Of a stretch of DNA of 52,671 nucleotides, positions 15,676 through 26,805 are shown piece after piece (positions within the stretch are counted from its first letter, which is position 1; every line of letters starts with the position of its first letter). The stretch is from assembly GCA_043779265.1 (NCBI GenBank), contig JAYWEM010000179.1, positions 1 to 52,671 of the forward strand, written 5' to 3'. This DNA is from a bacterium (GTDB taxonomy: Bacteria; Eisenbacteria; RBG-16-71-46). Both the position numbers and the translations under genes were made by a program. The notes beneath the pieces were generated by a model. The model searched no databases. It was not told the DNA's origin and worked only from the letters and a program-made list of their open reading frames with translations.

Positions 15676-17322
15676 TCAACGCGGCTGCGTCTGCCCGGTG
15701 CTCAACCACTCGCGCCACGCCAACTGTTGGCGAGGAAGCGCCTGCAGCGGGTCGAGCTCCAGCGAGCGGGCGAACTCGATATCGGCCTCGGCAGGGCGGC
15801 CCGAGCGCAGCAGCGACCAACCCAGATCGGCCCTCGCCGAGGCGAATCCCGGGTGCAGCACGAGCGCCGCGCGAAGCGGCGCCTCGGCGCCCGGGGGATC
15901 GCCCTTCATGAGGCGCACGCGCCCGAGCAGCGCCTGGGCATCGGCCCAATCGGCACGCTGTTGGATGAGCGAGGCGAGCGTCTCCTCGGCGGCCGCGAGA
16001 CGACCGGCCTCCATGAAGACGGCCGCCAGTTCGAGGCTCGCGGCGGCGTAGGCCGGAGCCCTCGTGAGCGCGCGCTGGTAACTGTCGGCGGATTCCTCGA
16101 GTCGACCCTGATCTCGGCGCAAGCGGCCCATCAGCACGTGCAGGTCCGGGAAGTCCGGCTGCACCGCCAGCTGCCGCAGCAGCGCCGACTCGGCGCCATC
16201 GAGGTCCCCGGCGTCGTAGAGCAGCTGGGCGTCGAGCACCGAGAACCTCGGCACTTCGCGGTCGCGGCTCATGCCGCGGCGGATGGCGCGGAGCGCGTCC
16301 TCATGACGGCCGATCGCGTGGTAGACGAGCCCCAGCAGGCGCTGCGCTCTCGCGAACTGGCGGTTCAGCTCGACGGCGCGCTCGAGCGGCTCCACGGCGC
16401 TCGCGAGATCTCCGGTCCGGAACCGGATGAGTCCGTGCCAGAAGTGCAGGTCCGGGAACAGCGGGTTCGCCTCGATCGCCGCGATGATGTGCGCTTCGGC
16501 GTCCTTCGCCTGGCCGCGCTCGAGTTCGGCGCGCGCCGCCAGCATACGGGCTTCGAGATAGCGTGGGTTCAACTCAAGCGCCACACGCAGATGGCCGAGA
16601 GCCTCGACTGCGCGCCCACCCTCGAGCAACAGCCCGGCGAGTCGTGCACGCAGATCCGCGTACGAGGGCTTCTCGGCCACTGCGCGGGTCAGTTCGTCGA
16701 TCGCGCTGGCGAGATCGCCGGCGGTGTGATGGGCGAGCGCCCGGTCGAGACTGCGCGCCTCGCCGTTCGGCCCCGTCTCCGGTAGGAGACGCCGCCACTG
16801 CTCCTGCGTCCACTCGCGCGCGACCGCCGGACTCACCCACTCCGGCGCATCGAGCCCCAGCGCGAGCGCCTCCTCGAGCGCCGCGGCGCTCGCCTCGCGA
16901 TCGCCTCGCAGCCCGAGGCAGACCGCCAGCAGCAGCTGAGCCTCGAGGTAATGCGGGTGCTCGTCGAGTGCGATGCGGAGGTCCTCGATCGCCTCATCGA
17001 CCCGGCCCGAACGCTCGCGGATGCGAGCGCGGAAGTAGCGCAGGTCCGGGAAGTCGGGGTTCTCCTCGAGCGCGCGGTCGAACTCGGCCTCGGCGCGAGC
17101 GAACTGCCCGGCATGGAACGCGGCAAGGCCCAGATGCGCCCGGGCCTCCGCCGCGTGCGTGAGCGCGAGGCAGTAGTCCGGGTCATCGGGGTCGCGCACC
17201 TCGCGCAGGACCTCCTCGAAGCACTCCGCAGCGCGGTCGAACTCACCGCGATTGAAGTGGAGGAGGCCCTCGTTGAAACGCTTGGTGTGCCCCCACTTGA
17301 TCAGCGAGGACAGGAACGACAC
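15676..17322 (-). CDS. Tetratricopeptide-repeat protein
   Basis: Repeated A(L/V)xxxPx(F/Y)x(D/E)(L/A) TPR turns throughout. The probable GTG start lies 7 nt after the ftsZ stop. Confidence 0.85.
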   Translation of the reverse strand: MSFLSSLIKWGHTKRFNEGLLHFNRGEFDRAAECFEEVLREVRDPDDPDYCLALTHAAEARAHLGLAAFHAGQFARAEAEFDRALEENPDFPDLRYFRARIRERSGRVDEAIEDLRIALDEHPHYLEAQLLLAVCLGLRGDREASAAALEEALALGLDAPEWVSPAVAREWTQEQWRRLLPETGPNGEARSLDRALAHHTAGDLASAIDELTRAVAEKPSYADLRARLAGLLLEGGRAVEALGHLRVALELNPRYLEARMLAARAELERGQAKDAEAHIIAAIEANPLFPDLHFWHGLIRFRTGDLASAVEPLERAVELNRQFARAQRLLGLVYHAIGRHEDALRAIRRGMSRDREVPRFSVLDAQLLYDAGDLDGAESALLRQLAVQPDFPDLHVLMGRLRRDQGRLEESADSYQRALTRAPAYAAASLELAAVFMEAGRLAAAEETLASLIQQRADWADAQALLGRVRLMKGDPPGAEAPLRAALVLHPGFASARADLGWSLLRSGRPAEADIEFARSLELDPLQALPRQQLAWREWLSTGQTQPR

Positions 17323-17329
17323 GCGTGCC

Positions 17330-18505
17330 TCAGTCCATCTGTCGGCGGAGGAAGGCCGGCACCTCGAGCGAGGAGCCATCGGTCTCCGCCTCACGGCCCC
17401 ACTGCGGGCGCGAGGGATGACGCTTCCAGGCCGGCGACTGATAGCGGCTGTAGCCGCCCTCATCACCCGCCGCTGCGGCGGCTCCCGCGGCGGCGGCAGC
17501 GGCCACCGGGCGGCGCGCCTCGGGCCGGAGCTCGGGGATCGAGGAGCGTCCGAAGCCGGTCGCGACGACCGTCACCACGATCTCCCCATCCAGTGACGGA
17601 TCGATGACGGCGCCGAAGATGACGTTCGCATCCTCTCCGACCGCGGCAGTGACGACCTGAGAGGCCTCGTTGACCTCGTGCAGCGAGAGGTCGCGACCGC
17701 CTGTGATGTTGAGCAGCACGCCCTCGGCGCCCATGATCGAGACATCCTCGAGCAGGGGGCTCGAGACGGCCTGGGACGCCGCTTCCATCGCGCGGTTCTC
17801 GCCCGTAGCCCGGCCCGTGCCCATGAGCGCGTTGCCGCGGGAGGCCATGATGCTGCGGACGTCGGCGAAGTCGACGTTGACGAGGCCCGGCACCGTCACG
17901 AGGTCGGCGATGCCCTTGGTGGCCTTGAGCAGCACGTCATCGGCGACGCCGAACGCCTCGGACATCGGCGTGTTGCGCGCGACGACCGAGAGCAGACGTT
18001 CGTTGGGGATCACGAGCAGCGTGTCGACCTCGGCCCGCAGCTCCTGCAACCCCTCCTCCGCCTGACGCATGCGGCGACGGCCCTCGAACAGGAAGGGCTT
18101 GGTCACCACCGCCACGGTGAGCGCGCCGAGCTTCTTGGCGATTCGCGCGATCACGGGAGCCGAGCCGGTGCCCGTGCCGCCACCCATGCCGGCGGTGATG
18201 AACACCATATCGGTGTCGGCGAGGATGTCGGCGATCGCCTGCTCATCCTCCTCGGCGGAACGCTTGCCCTGCGAGGGGTCGCCGCCCGAACCGAGGCCGC
18301 GAGTGGTCTGGATGCCGATCTGCATGCGCACGGGTGCAAGCGATTGCCCGAGCGCCTGGAGGTCGGTGTTGGCGGCGATGAACTCCACGCCGCGAAGCCC
18401 CGCCCCGATCATGCGATTGACGGCATTGCCGCCAGCGCCGCCGCAGCCGATGACCTTGAGACGAGCGGCGGACGTACGATCGATGTCGAGTTCGAACATG
18501 GACAT
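17330..18505 (-). CDS. ftsZ: Cell division protein FtsZ
   Basis: [24 protein letters not shown] and C-terminal [18 protein letters not shown]. Confidence 0.98.
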   Translation of the reverse strand: MSMFELDIDRTSAARLKVIGCGGAGGNAVNRMIGAGLRGVEFIAANTDLQALGQSLAPVRMQIGIQTTRGLGSGGDPSQGKRSAEEDEQAIADILADTDMVFITAGMGGGTGTGSAPVIARIAKKLGALTVAVVTKPFLFEGRRRMRQAEEGLQELRAEVDTLLVIPNERLLSVVARNTPMSEAFGVADDVLLKATKGIADLVTVPGLVNVDFADVRSIMASRGNALMGTGRATGENRAMEAASQAVSSPLLEDVSIMGAEGVLLNITGGRDLSLHEVNEASQVVTAAVGEDANVIFGAVIDPSLDGEIVVTVVATGFGRSSIPELRPEARRPVAAAAAAGAAAAAGDEGGYSRYQSPAWKRHPSRPQWGREAETDGSSLEVPAFLRRQMD

Positions 18506-18572
18506 GGGGCACGACTCCTTGTGCCAGTGGTGGATGCTCCCGCGTGCCATCCTGGCAGCGGGCCGTCGGATT

Positions 18573-19811
18573 CTAGAACAGGTTGGCGAACCAGTTGCGG
18601 ATGTCGAAGGAGCGGCTGCGTGGAGCCTGGGCCGAGTGGTCGGTGAAGAGTCCCGTGCGGCCGCCCTCGGTCAGCACGCCCTGCAGGACGAGGCCGACGC
18701 CGGTCGCGTGCCGCGGGTCGGCGACATTCTCGGACAGCCCACCCAAGCCGCGCGGCGAACCGAGACGGACCGGCATCTCGAACACCTGCTCAGCCAGTTC
18801 GGTGATCCCGGGCATCAACGAAGCGCCGCCGGTCACGACGACACCGCCGCCCAGCAACTCGGCGAAGTGCTGCTTGCGCACCTCGCGATTGGCGAGTTGG
18901 AAGATCTCCTCCATGCGCGGCTCGATCATCGAGGCCAGCGTGTGACGCGAGATCTCGCGATCGCCACGGCCACCGACACCCGGCACCTGCAGCATGGACT
19001 CGGCCGACACCATCGAGGCGAGCGCCGAGCCGTGCTGGATCTTGATGGTCTCGGCCTTGTCGATCGGCGTGCGGAGTCCGATGGCGATGTCGCTCGTCAC
19101 GTTCGCGCCGCCGAACGGCACGATGTGGGTGTGACGGATCGAGCTGTCGAGGTGGATGGCCAGGTCGGTGGTGCCGCCGCCGATGTCGAGCAGCACGACG
19201 CCCAGCTTCTTCTCGTCCTCATCGAGCACCGCGAGGGAGGAGGCGAGCGGCTCGAGCACGAGGTCGTACACCTTGAGGCCCGCGCGCTGGATGGCACGAC
19301 AGATGTTCTTGGCCGAGGACACCGCGCCGGTGATGATGTGGACCTCGGCCTCGAGCCGGACGCCGCTCATGCCGACGGGGTTCTGGATGCCGTCCTGATC
19401 GTCGACGATGAACTCCTGCGGGATCACATGGATGATCTCGCGGTCCATCGGGATCGCGATCGCCTTGGCGGCCTCGACCACACGGTCGACATCGGCCTGG
19501 GCGATCTCGTTGTCCTTGCGCGAGACTGCGACGACTCCGCGCGAGTTGATGCTGCGGATGTGGTCGCCCGCGATGCCGGCGTAGACGCCCTTCACGGGGA
19601 CACCCGCCATGCGCTCGGCCTCTTCGACCGCGCGCTCGATGCAGGTGACCAGTTTCTCGAGTTCGACGACGGCGCCGCGCCGCAGGCCCTCACTCGGGGC
19701 GATGCCCACTCCGACGACGCGTAGGCCGTCCGAGGTCTGCTCGGCGATGATGCACGAGATCTTCGTCGTGCCGATGTCGAGACCGGCGAACGTCCGTGTC
19801 GCCTGGGCCAT
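18573..19811 (-). CDS. ftsA: Cell division protein FtsA
   Basis: [23 protein letters not shown] and amphipathic C-terminus IRNWFANLF. Confidence 0.97.
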   Translation of the reverse strand: MAQATRTFAGLDIGTTKISCIIAEQTSDGLRVVGVGIAPSEGLRRGAVVELEKLVTCIERAVEEAERMAGVPVKGVYAGIAGDHIRSINSRGVVAVSRKDNEIAQADVDRVVEAAKAIAIPMDREIIHVIPQEFIVDDQDGIQNPVGMSGVRLEAEVHIITGAVSSAKNICRAIQRAGLKVYDLVLEPLASSLAVLDEDEKKLGVVLLDIGGGTTDLAIHLDSSIRHTHIVPFGGANVTSDIAIGLRTPIDKAETIKIQHGSALASMVSAESMLQVPGVGGRGDREISRHTLASMIEPRMEEIFQLANREVRKQHFAELLGGGVVVTGGASLMPGITELAEQVFEMPVRLGSPRGLGGLSENVADPRHATGVGLVLQGVLTEGGRTGLFTDHSAQAPRSRSFDIRNWFANLF

Positions 19812-19852
19812 GGGGGTATCCCTCCCGCGATGCTGCGTGTCCAGTCCCTGGA

Positions 19853-20683
19853 CTATGGGCTCGGCTCGCTCCCGGCGACCGCCACCGGTTGCGGATTCCG
19901 TACGATGTACTGCCCCTCGAACCGGATGTCGACCTCTTCGGGCCTCGTGCCCTTCTGCTCGAGGTCGGCCAGTGTGGCGAGGAGGCCCGACAGTTGCCGC
20001 ACACTCACCGGCCACGCAGGACCCACGACCCGCGTGCCTCCGATGAGCACCAGTCGCGTGATGCGGGGCTGGGAGACATCCACCTCCGAGACCCGACCCG
20101 CCAACCGGAGCGCATGGTGACTCAAAGTGGCCGTCCACGCCAGTCCTCTCTGCACGGGCGCGGTCCGCAACTGGGCACCCGGCGGATGACGGGAGGCGTC
20201 ATAGCCCGTGAGCAGTGGAACATCGGCCACGACACCGCGCTGGAGCGGCTCGAGCAGCACTCCGGAGGTGTCGACTTCCCACGGTTCGCCGTGCAGCACG
20301 GCCAGTGCCGGCACGCGCTCGCGGACGAGCACGCGGATGCCGCGCAGACCCTGGCGCGCCACGCGTGCGTCCTGGATGCGGGGCACGCGCATCACACGCT
20401 GACGGATCGCCGCGAGGTCGAGATCGAGCAGATCGTCCCCCACCTGGACCGCAGCGGCCCGGCGGACACGCTCGACATCCAGATAGCGCACCCCCTCGAC
20501 CTCGACGCCGGTCACCACCGCATAGGTCCGCCGCAATTCCTGCCACGGGACCACGGCGAGTCCGGCCATGATCGCGAGCACGACCGCGATCCGGAGGAGT
20601 CGCTTGAGGAGTCCCGGCGAGGGCCCCCGGCCCGCATCGCGCCGCCTTCGATCGAGTGCACGTCCCTGGTAGTTCGCCATCAC
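19853..20683 (-). CDS. ftsQ: Cell division protein FtsQ/DivIB
   Basis: N-terminal TM, POTRA-like VEVEGVRYL...VRER, C-terminal VDIRF, and position before ftsA. Confidence 0.85.
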   Translation of the reverse strand: MMANYQGRALDRRRRDAGRGPSPGLLKRLLRIAVVLAIMAGLAVVPWQELRRTYAVVTGVEVEGVRYLDVERVRRAAAVQVGDDLLDLDLAAIRQRVMRVPRIQDARVARQGLRGIRVLVRERVPALAVLHGEPWEVDTSGVLLEPLQRGVVADVPLLTGYDASRHPPGAQLRTAPVQRGLAWTATLSHHALRLAGRVSEVDVSQPRITRLVLIGGTRVVGPAWPVSVRQLSGLLATLADLEQKGTRPEEVDIRFEGQYIVRNPQPVAVAGSEPSP

Positions 20684-22068
20684 AACCCTCCCGCGCTCGC
20701 TCGCGCTCGCAGCCCAGCGACCAACTCATCCGCCAACTTCCAGACATCGCCGGCGCCGAGCGTCAGCAGCGTGTCGCCGCGCTTGGCATCGGCCACCATC
20801 GCCGCGATCGCATCGGCCGACGACGCGGCATGCGCCACATGGGCCGCCCCATGACGATGGGCCGAAGCGACGAGTGAGGCCGCATCGGAATCGGGCAACG
20901 GGGACTCGCCTGCCGAGTAGACCTCGAGCACCCAGGCTCGATCGGCATCGGTGAAGCAGGTGCCGAACTCCTCGCGCAGCGCCGCGGTCCGCGAGTAGCG
21001 GTGCGGCTGGAACAGCACGAGAACGCGCCCTCCGGCGCTGCGGGCCGCGGCCAAGGTCGCAGCGATCTCAGTGGGGTGATGGCCATAGTCGTCCACCACG
21101 CGCACGCCTTCGACGTCGCCTCGGATCTCGAAGCGTCTTCCCACCCCGCCGAAGCTGCCGAGCGCCTCGGCGATATGCCCGAACGCGATCTGGAGTTCGA
21201 GTCCCACCGCCACCGCGGCGAGGGCGTTGAGGGCATTGTGGCGGCCGGGCACCTGGAGCTCGATCGCTCCGAGCGCCCGGCCCGCTGCCACCACCTCGAA
21301 GTGCACGCCGCGCGGCGTCAGCGTGACGTCCGTTCCGCGAATCTCGGCGCTCTCATGGGTGCCGTAGAGAAGCGTGCGCTTGCGGACCTCGGGCAGCAGG
21401 CTGCGCACGTGTGGATCGTCGGCGCACATCACGCTGACGCCGTAAAACGGCACTCGATTGGCGAAGTAGAGGAAGGCCTTGCGGATCGCCTCGATGTCCT
21501 CGTAGTGGTCGAGGTGCTCGCGGTCGATGTTGGTGATCACCGTCACCGCGGGCGACAGACGCAGGAACGAGCCATCGCTCTCATCCGCCTCGGCCACGAG
21601 GAATCGCCCGTGACCGAGCAGGGCGTTGCCGCCGATCGACTTGAGCCGCCCGCCGACCACGATCGTGGGATCGAGCCCGCCGTGCGACAGCACGGCCGCC
21701 ACCATCGACGTGGTGGTGGTCTTGCCGTGCGAACCGCCGACGGCGATGCCGTATTTCATGCGCATGAGCTCGGCGAGCATGTCGGCGCGCGCGATGATCG
21801 CGATCCCCGCCTCGCGTGCCGCGGCGAGTTCGGGATTGTCCTGGCGCACGGCGGAGGAGTAGACCACGACCTGCGCGCCCTCCACGTTGAGGGCGGCATG
21901 ACCGATGAACACTCGGCCGCCCAGCGCGACGAGGCGGTCCGTCGCTTCGGTCGAGCGCAGGTCGCTGCCGCTCACGGTATAGCCCATGTTGAGCAGCACC
22001 TCGGCGATGCCGGACATGCCGCTGCCGCCGATGCCGATCAGATGGATGCGATGGGTGCGTCCGTACAT
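20680..22068 (-). CDS. murC: UDP-N-acetylmuramate--L-alanine ligase
   Basis: IGIGGSGMSG, GSHGKTTTT, EADESDGSF, DDYGHHPTEI. Confidence 0.98.
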   Translation of the reverse strand: MYGRTHRIHLIGIGGSGMSGIAEVLLNMGYTVSGSDLRSTEATDRLVALGGRVFIGHAALNVEGAQVVVYSSAVRQDNPELAAAREAGIAIIARADMLAELMRMKYGIAVGGSHGKTTTTSMVAAVLSHGGLDPTIVVGGRLKSIGGNALLGHGRFLVAEADESDGSFLRLSPAVTVITNIDREHLDHYEDIEAIRKAFLYFANRVPFYGVSVMCADDPHVRSLLPEVRKRTLLYGTHESAEIRGTDVTLTPRGVHFEVVAAGRALGAIELQVPGRHNALNALAAVAVGLELQIAFGHIAEALGSFGGVGRRFEIRGDVEGVRVVDDYGHHPTEIAATLAAARSAGGRVLVLFQPHRYSRTAALREEFGTCFTDADRAWVLEVYSAGESPLPDSDAASLVASAHRHGAAHVAHAASSADAIAAMVADAKRGDTLLTLGAGDVWKLADELVAGLRARASAGGL

Positions 22069-23205
22069 CTAGTGGCCTTCCGGGGCGGTGGCCTCGTCGC
22101 TGAGTGGCCCCTCCCCCTCTGCCCAGTGCACGAGCGCGCGAGCCAGCCGATTGGCGGCATCGGGCCGCGCGAACAGGCGGGCGTTCGAGGACATGCGCGA
22201 CAGCGCCGGGCGATCCACCAGCAGGACGGCGAGTTCTCGCGCCAGGCGCTCGCCATCGAGCTCGGCATCGGGAACCACGATCGCGGCACCTCGATCGACG
22301 AGGTTCGCGGCGTTGACGGCCTGATGGTCGTGCGCGGCGAACGGATAGGGCACGAGGATCGCCGGCAGGCCGCACACGGCGATCTCGGCCAGTGTCATCG
22401 CACCGGCGCGGCAGACCACGAGATCGGCTGCGGCGTAGGCCAGGTGCATCTCGCGGATGAACGGCCGGACGGTCGCCGCGAGCTGCTCGCGCGATACGGC
22501 CTCGAGCACGCGCGCATGATCGTCTCGCCCCGTCTGGAGGATGCACTGGAAGTCGAGACGGCCCTTGAGCCGCCGCAGGGCGTCGAGCGCGGCGTCGTTG
22601 ATCCGCTTGGCGCCGAGGCTGCCGCCGAACACGAAGACGGTGGGCTTGCCCGGCGTCAGCGCGAACTCGCGCATGGCCTGTTCGCGGTCGCCCGCCAGCA
22701 GATGCGAGCGCACCGGGTTGCCCGTCACCTTGAGGTGGTCGCGCCGCTGGAAGTGGCTCCTCGCTTCGAGGAACGAGAGATGGACCTCGTCGGCGATGCG
22801 GGCGAGCCAGCGGTTGGTGAGGCCCGGGATGCTGTTCTGCTCCTGCAGGATGAGCGGTCGGCCGGTGAGCCTCGCGGCCAGCGAGAGCGGGCCGCTGACA
22901 TAGCCGCCGGTGCCGAGCACAGCAGCCGGTCGCTCGCTGAGCAGGATCATGATCGCCTGCATCAGGCCGGCCACGTTGACGAGCACGGCCCACGGCCAGA
23001 CCCACCAGCGCTTGCGCGGGAATCCAGCCGTCAGCAGGAAGCGGATCGGGAAGCCGGCTTCGGGAACCGCGGTCGCCTCGATGCCGCGGCGCCCGCCCAC
23101 GAACACGACCTCGACCTCCGGCCGGATCCGCTTCAACTCCTCGGCCACCGCGATGCCCGGGAACACGTGACCGCCGGTCCCGCCGCCCGCGATGAGGATC
23201 TTCAC
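22069..23205 (-). CDS. murG: Lipid I GlcNAc transferase
   Basis: GGGTGGH, GGYVS, EQN, GGSLGA, RAGA, HQ..NA. Confidence 0.98.
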   Translation of the reverse strand: MKILIAGGGTGGHVFPGIAVAEELKRIRPEVEVVFVGGRRGIEATAVPEAGFPIRFLLTAGFPRKRWWVWPWAVLVNVAGLMQAIMILLSERPAAVLGTGGYVSGPLSLAARLTGRPLILQEQNSIPGLTNRWLARIADEVHLSFLEARSHFQRRDHLKVTGNPVRSHLLAGDREQAMREFALTPGKPTVFVFGGSLGAKRINDAALDALRRLKGRLDFQCILQTGRDDHARVLEAVSREQLAATVRPFIREMHLAYAAADLVVCRAGAMTLAEIAVCGLPAILVPYPFAAHDHQAVNAANLVDRGAAIVVPDAELDGERLARELAVLLVDRPALSRMSSNARLFARPDAANRLARALVHWAEGEGPLSDEATAPEGH

Positions 23206-24338
23206 GCAGTCCGCCCCGCCCAACGTTGGCGCGTGAACGCCTCGTTGTCACCGTTGGCGACGCTGATCCGATAGAGCAGGCCGGCCGCCGCGAGATTGAC
23301 GAGCAGCGCCGAGCCTCCATAGGAGACGAACGGCAGCGGGAGTCCCGTGGTGGGGGCGAGCCCGATCGCGACCGCCAGGTTGGCGACCGCGTACAACCCG
23401 ATCTGGATCGTGAGCCCGCCGGCGAGCAAGCTCGTGAACGGATCCGATGCGCGAGCCGCGACACGCAGGCCACGCCACAGGAAGAGGCCCAGCACCACGA
23501 AAAGCGCGCTCACGCCGATCAGGCCGAGTTCCTCGGCGATGATCGAGAAGATGAAGTCGGTATGCGCCTCGGGGAGGAAGTTGAGTTTCTGCATGCTCCC
23601 ACCCAGGCCCCGCCCGAACAGGCCGCCCGAGCCGATGGCGATGAGCGACTGGTTCAATTGGTAGCCCGTGCCGCGTGTGTCGAGGCCCTCCCCGCTCATG
23701 AATCCGAGGAACGTCTGCACGCGCGTCATCATGTACGGATGCGTGAGCAGTGCGACCGCCGCCGCCGCCGCCCCCGCCGCCACCGGGATCGCCAGATGGC
23801 GGAGCTTCGCACCCGCGAGGAACAGCATGGCGAAGCCGGTCACGACCAGCAGCGCCGCCGAACTCAGATTCGGCTGCTTGAGGATGAGCCCGGCCAGCAA
23901 CGCGACGAAGATCAGCGGAGGCACCATCCCCTTCCAGAAGCCGAGTTCGGCGACGGGCCGGCGCTTGAGCCACCACGCGAGGAACACCACCGCAGCGAAT
24001 CGGCCGAGGTCGGTCGGCTGAAGCGATGCGAATCCCAATCGGAGCCAGCGCGTCGCCCCGTTCGACATGTGCCCGACGCCGACCACCAACGCGAGGAGCG
24101 CGACCGCGACGCCGAACAACAGCGGTGCCCAGCGCTCGAAACGTCGCAGGTCGAGTCGCGTGCAGGCGAACAACACGACCAGGCCGAGGCCCGCGCGGAT
24201 CAACTGCTGCCGCAGGAAGTAATCGCGGTCGCCATACTTCATGAACGCCATGAACGATCCGGCCGAGTACACCATCACCAGCCCGACGGCGGTCAGCAGC
24301 AACGCCAGAATGATGAGCCAGCCATCCCCACGCTTCAC
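23202..24338 (-). CDS. ftsW: SEDS peptidoglycan polymerase FtsW
   Basis: GATRW, LQP, QPNL, LPEAHTDFIF, PFVSYGGS. Confidence 0.97.
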   Translation of the reverse strand: MKRGDGWLIILALLLTAVGLVMVYSAGSFMAFMKYGDRDYFLRQQLIRAGLGLVVLFACTRLDLRRFERWAPLLFGVAVALLALVVGVGHMSNGATRWLRLGFASLQPTDLGRFAAVVFLAWWLKRRPVAELGFWKGMVPPLIFVALLAGLILKQPNLSSAALLVVTGFAMLFLAGAKLRHLAIPVAAGAAAAAVALLTHPYMMTRVQTFLGFMSGEGLDTRGTGYQLNQSLIAIGSGGLFGRGLGGSMQKLNFLPEAHTDFIFSIIAEELGLIGVSALFVVLGLFLWRGLRVAARASDPFTSLLAGGLTIQIGLYAVANLAVAIGLAPTTGLPLPFVSYGGSALLVNLAAAGLLYRISVANGDNEAFTRQRWAGRTA

Positions 24339-25714
24339 GACTTATCCCCTCCCTGGATCCAGCCCGCCACTTCATCCTTGAAGCGGCGTCCACGGTCCTC
24401 GTAGTCGCGGAACATATCGAAAGATGCGCATCCGGGCGAGAGGAGAACGACGCCGCTCGGACTCGCGGCCTCGGCTGCCATTCGCACCGCTTCGCCGAGC
24501 GAGTCGGCACGCGCGGCAGGCGTCCCCCTCCAGGCGGCCTCGAGCGCCTCGGCGCCCTGCCCGATCAGCACCAACTGGCGCACGCGCTCTCGGACGAGCG
24601 AGCGCAGCGGCTGGAAATCCTGCCCCTTGTCGAGCCCCCCGGCGATCAGCACGACCGGCTCCTCGAAGCTCTGGAGGGCGACACGCAGCGACTCCGTGTT
24701 GGTCGACTTGGAGTCATTGATGAACCGGACGCCGCGCCCCTCACCCACCGGCTCCAGCCGATGCGCGAGCCCGCCGTACTCGCGCAGCACGTGACGCAGC
24801 GTGTCGGGAGGCAGTTCCAGGGGCAGCACGGCAGTGAGCGCAGCGAGGACGTTGGAGACGTTGTGCGGCCCCGGCAGCTTCACCTCGTCGCGCGCGAGCA
24901 GCCGCTCGCGTCCGCCTCGCCACGCCAGCCAGAGCTCGCCGTTCTCGGCGAACGCGCCATCGGCCACCGGACCCTTCGTCGAGAACGACAGGCGGCCCGC
25001 CTCGCCGGAGAGGCGCGACATCACCGCGGGCTCGTCGGCATTGCCCACCGCCCAGTCGTCCGCGCCCTGGCGCGCGAACAACCGCGCCTTCATCGCGCCG
25101 TAGGTGGCGAGATCGCCATGGCGATCGAGATGATCGGGCGTCAGATTGAGCCAGACGCCGATGTGCGGCCGCAGCCGGTCGACGGCCTCGAGCTGGAAGC
25201 TGGAGATCTCGGCGACGAGCATGCCCTGCGGTCCCACCTGCTCGGCCACTTCGCAGATCGCGCGACCGATGTTGCCGCACACCGCCACCTCGCGACCTGC
25301 GGCGCGCACGAGCGCTCCGATCAGGTCGGTGGTCGTGCTCTTGCCGTTCGTGCCGGTCACGCCGATGAGCGGGGCCTGGGCGGCGAGGAACCCGAGCTCG
25401 AGTTCGGAGATCAGCGGGATCGCGCGCTCGAGTGCGGTGCGTGCGATCGGGTGGTCGATCGGCCAGCCCGGACTCCAGACAACGAGGTCGCGCCCTTCGA
25501 GCAACGCGACATCCTCGCGTCCGTGAGCGCACATCACGCCCTCGTCCGCGAGCGCGCGCGCCCCATCGGGCCACTCGACCTCGGGACGGCGGTCGGCGAG
25601 CACGACATCGACACCGTGCCGGCGCAGCAGTCTCGCCGCGGCGATGCCGCTTCTCGCCGCGCCCGCCACGAGGGCGGCACGTCCGGGAACCGGGTGATGG
25701 AGATCGAAGCTCAC
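24335..25714 (-). CDS. murD: UDP-MurNAc-L-Ala--D-glutamate ligase
   Basis: GTNGKSTT, EISSFQL, DHLDRH, NDSKSTN, LSPGCASFD. The GTG overlaps the mraY stop. Confidence 0.97.
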   Translation of the reverse strand: MSFDLHHPVPGRAALVAGAARSGIAAARLLRRHGVDVVLADRRPEVEWPDGARALADEGVMCAHGREDVALLEGRDLVVWSPGWPIDHPIARTALERAIPLISELELGFLAAQAPLIGVTGTNGKSTTTDLIGALVRAAGREVAVCGNIGRAICEVAEQVGPQGMLVAEISSFQLEAVDRLRPHIGVWLNLTPDHLDRHGDLATYGAMKARLFARQGADDWAVGNADEPAVMSRLSGEAGRLSFSTKGPVADGAFAENGELWLAWRGGRERLLARDEVKLPGPHNVSNVLAALTAVLPLELPPDTLRHVLREYGGLAHRLEPVGEGRGVRFINDSKSTNTESLRVALQSFEEPVVLIAGGLDKGQDFQPLRSLVRERVRQLVLIGQGAEALEAAWRGTPAARADSLGEAVRMAAEAASPSGVVLLSPGCASFDMFRDYEDRGRRFKDEVAGWIQGGDKS

Positions 25715-26805
25715 TGGAGCTTGAACGTGGAGAGCGACAGAAGGGCGAGCAGCGCGCCGGCGATGAAGAAGCGCAACACGACGCGGGATTCGTGCCAGCC
25801 CATCAGCTCGAAGTGATGGTGCAGCGGCGACATGCGGAACACGCGCTTGCCCGTCAGCTTGAACGAGGCGACCTGGATCATGACCGACAGGGCCTCGGCG
25901 ACGAATACACCGCCCACGAGCACGAGCCAGAACTCGCGCTTGATCAACACGGCCACGACTCCGAGCGCGCCGCCCAGCGCGAGCGAACCGGTGTCGCCCA
26001 TGAACACATCCGCCGGATGGCAGTTGTACCAGAGGAATCCGAGCGAGGCGCCGACGACGGCGGCGCAGAACACGGTCAACTCGCCGCTCGCGGGCAGGTA
26101 GGTCAGATTCAGGTACTCGCTGAATCGTGCGTGGCCGCTCAGGTAGCACATCGCGGCGAATGCGATGGCTGCGATGGCAACGAGTCCGGAAGCCAGCCCA
26201 TCGAGGCCGTCCGTGAGGTTCACCGCGTTCGAGGCGCCGGTGATGACGAGGATGACGAACGGCACGAACAACCAGCCGAAGTCGATGAACTGGAACTTGA
26301 GGAATGGCACGTGCGTCACCGTGGGCTGCAGCCCGGGCACCGGCCAGGCGAGCAGCATCAGGCCGACGGTGAGTCCGATCGCGAACTGTCCGACCAGCTT
26401 GTAGCGCCCGAGCAGTCCGTTCGGCAGCTTCTTCACGACACGCAACCAGTCATCGAGGAATCCGAGCCCGCCCAGCCACACCGTCGTGATGAGCGCCAGC
26501 CACAGCGGCCGTGAGCTGAAGTTGCCCCACATCAGACAGGGCACGACGATCGCCGCCACGATGAGGATCCCGCCCATCGTGGGCGTACCGGCCTTGACCA
26601 GATGGGACTGCGGCCCCAGGTCGCGCACCTTCTGCCCGAGCCGCACGCGCCGCAGCCAGGCGATCATGACGGGACCGGCCCACAGGCTGATGACGAGCGC
26701 GGTGATCGCGGCATAGGCGGCACGGAACGTGATGTACTTGAAGACGTTCAGGACGGAGAGGCCGGGAAGCTCGTGCAGCGGGTAGATCCACTCGTAGAAC
26801 ATCAC
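25711..26805 (-). CDS. mraY: Phospho-MurNAc-pentapeptide translocase
   Basis: GTPTMGG, GFLDD, NLTDGLDGLA, FMGDTGS, PLHHHFE. Confidence 0.98.
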   Translation of the reverse strand: MMFYEWIYPLHELPGLSVLNVFKYITFRAAYAAITALVISLWAGPVMIAWLRRVRLGQKVRDLGPQSHLVKAGTPTMGGILIVAAIVVPCLMWGNFSSRPLWLALITTVWLGGLGFLDDWLRVVKKLPNGLLGRYKLVGQFAIGLTVGLMLLAWPVPGLQPTVTHVPFLKFQFIDFGWLFVPFVILVITGASNAVNLTDGLDGLASGLVAIAAIAFAAMCYLSGHARFSEYLNLTYLPASGELTVFCAAVVGASLGFLWYNCHPADVFMGDTGSLALGGALGVVAVLIKREFWLVLVGGVFVAEALSVMIQVASFKLTGKRVFRMSPLHHHFELMGWHESRVVLRFFIAGALLALLSLSTFKLQ

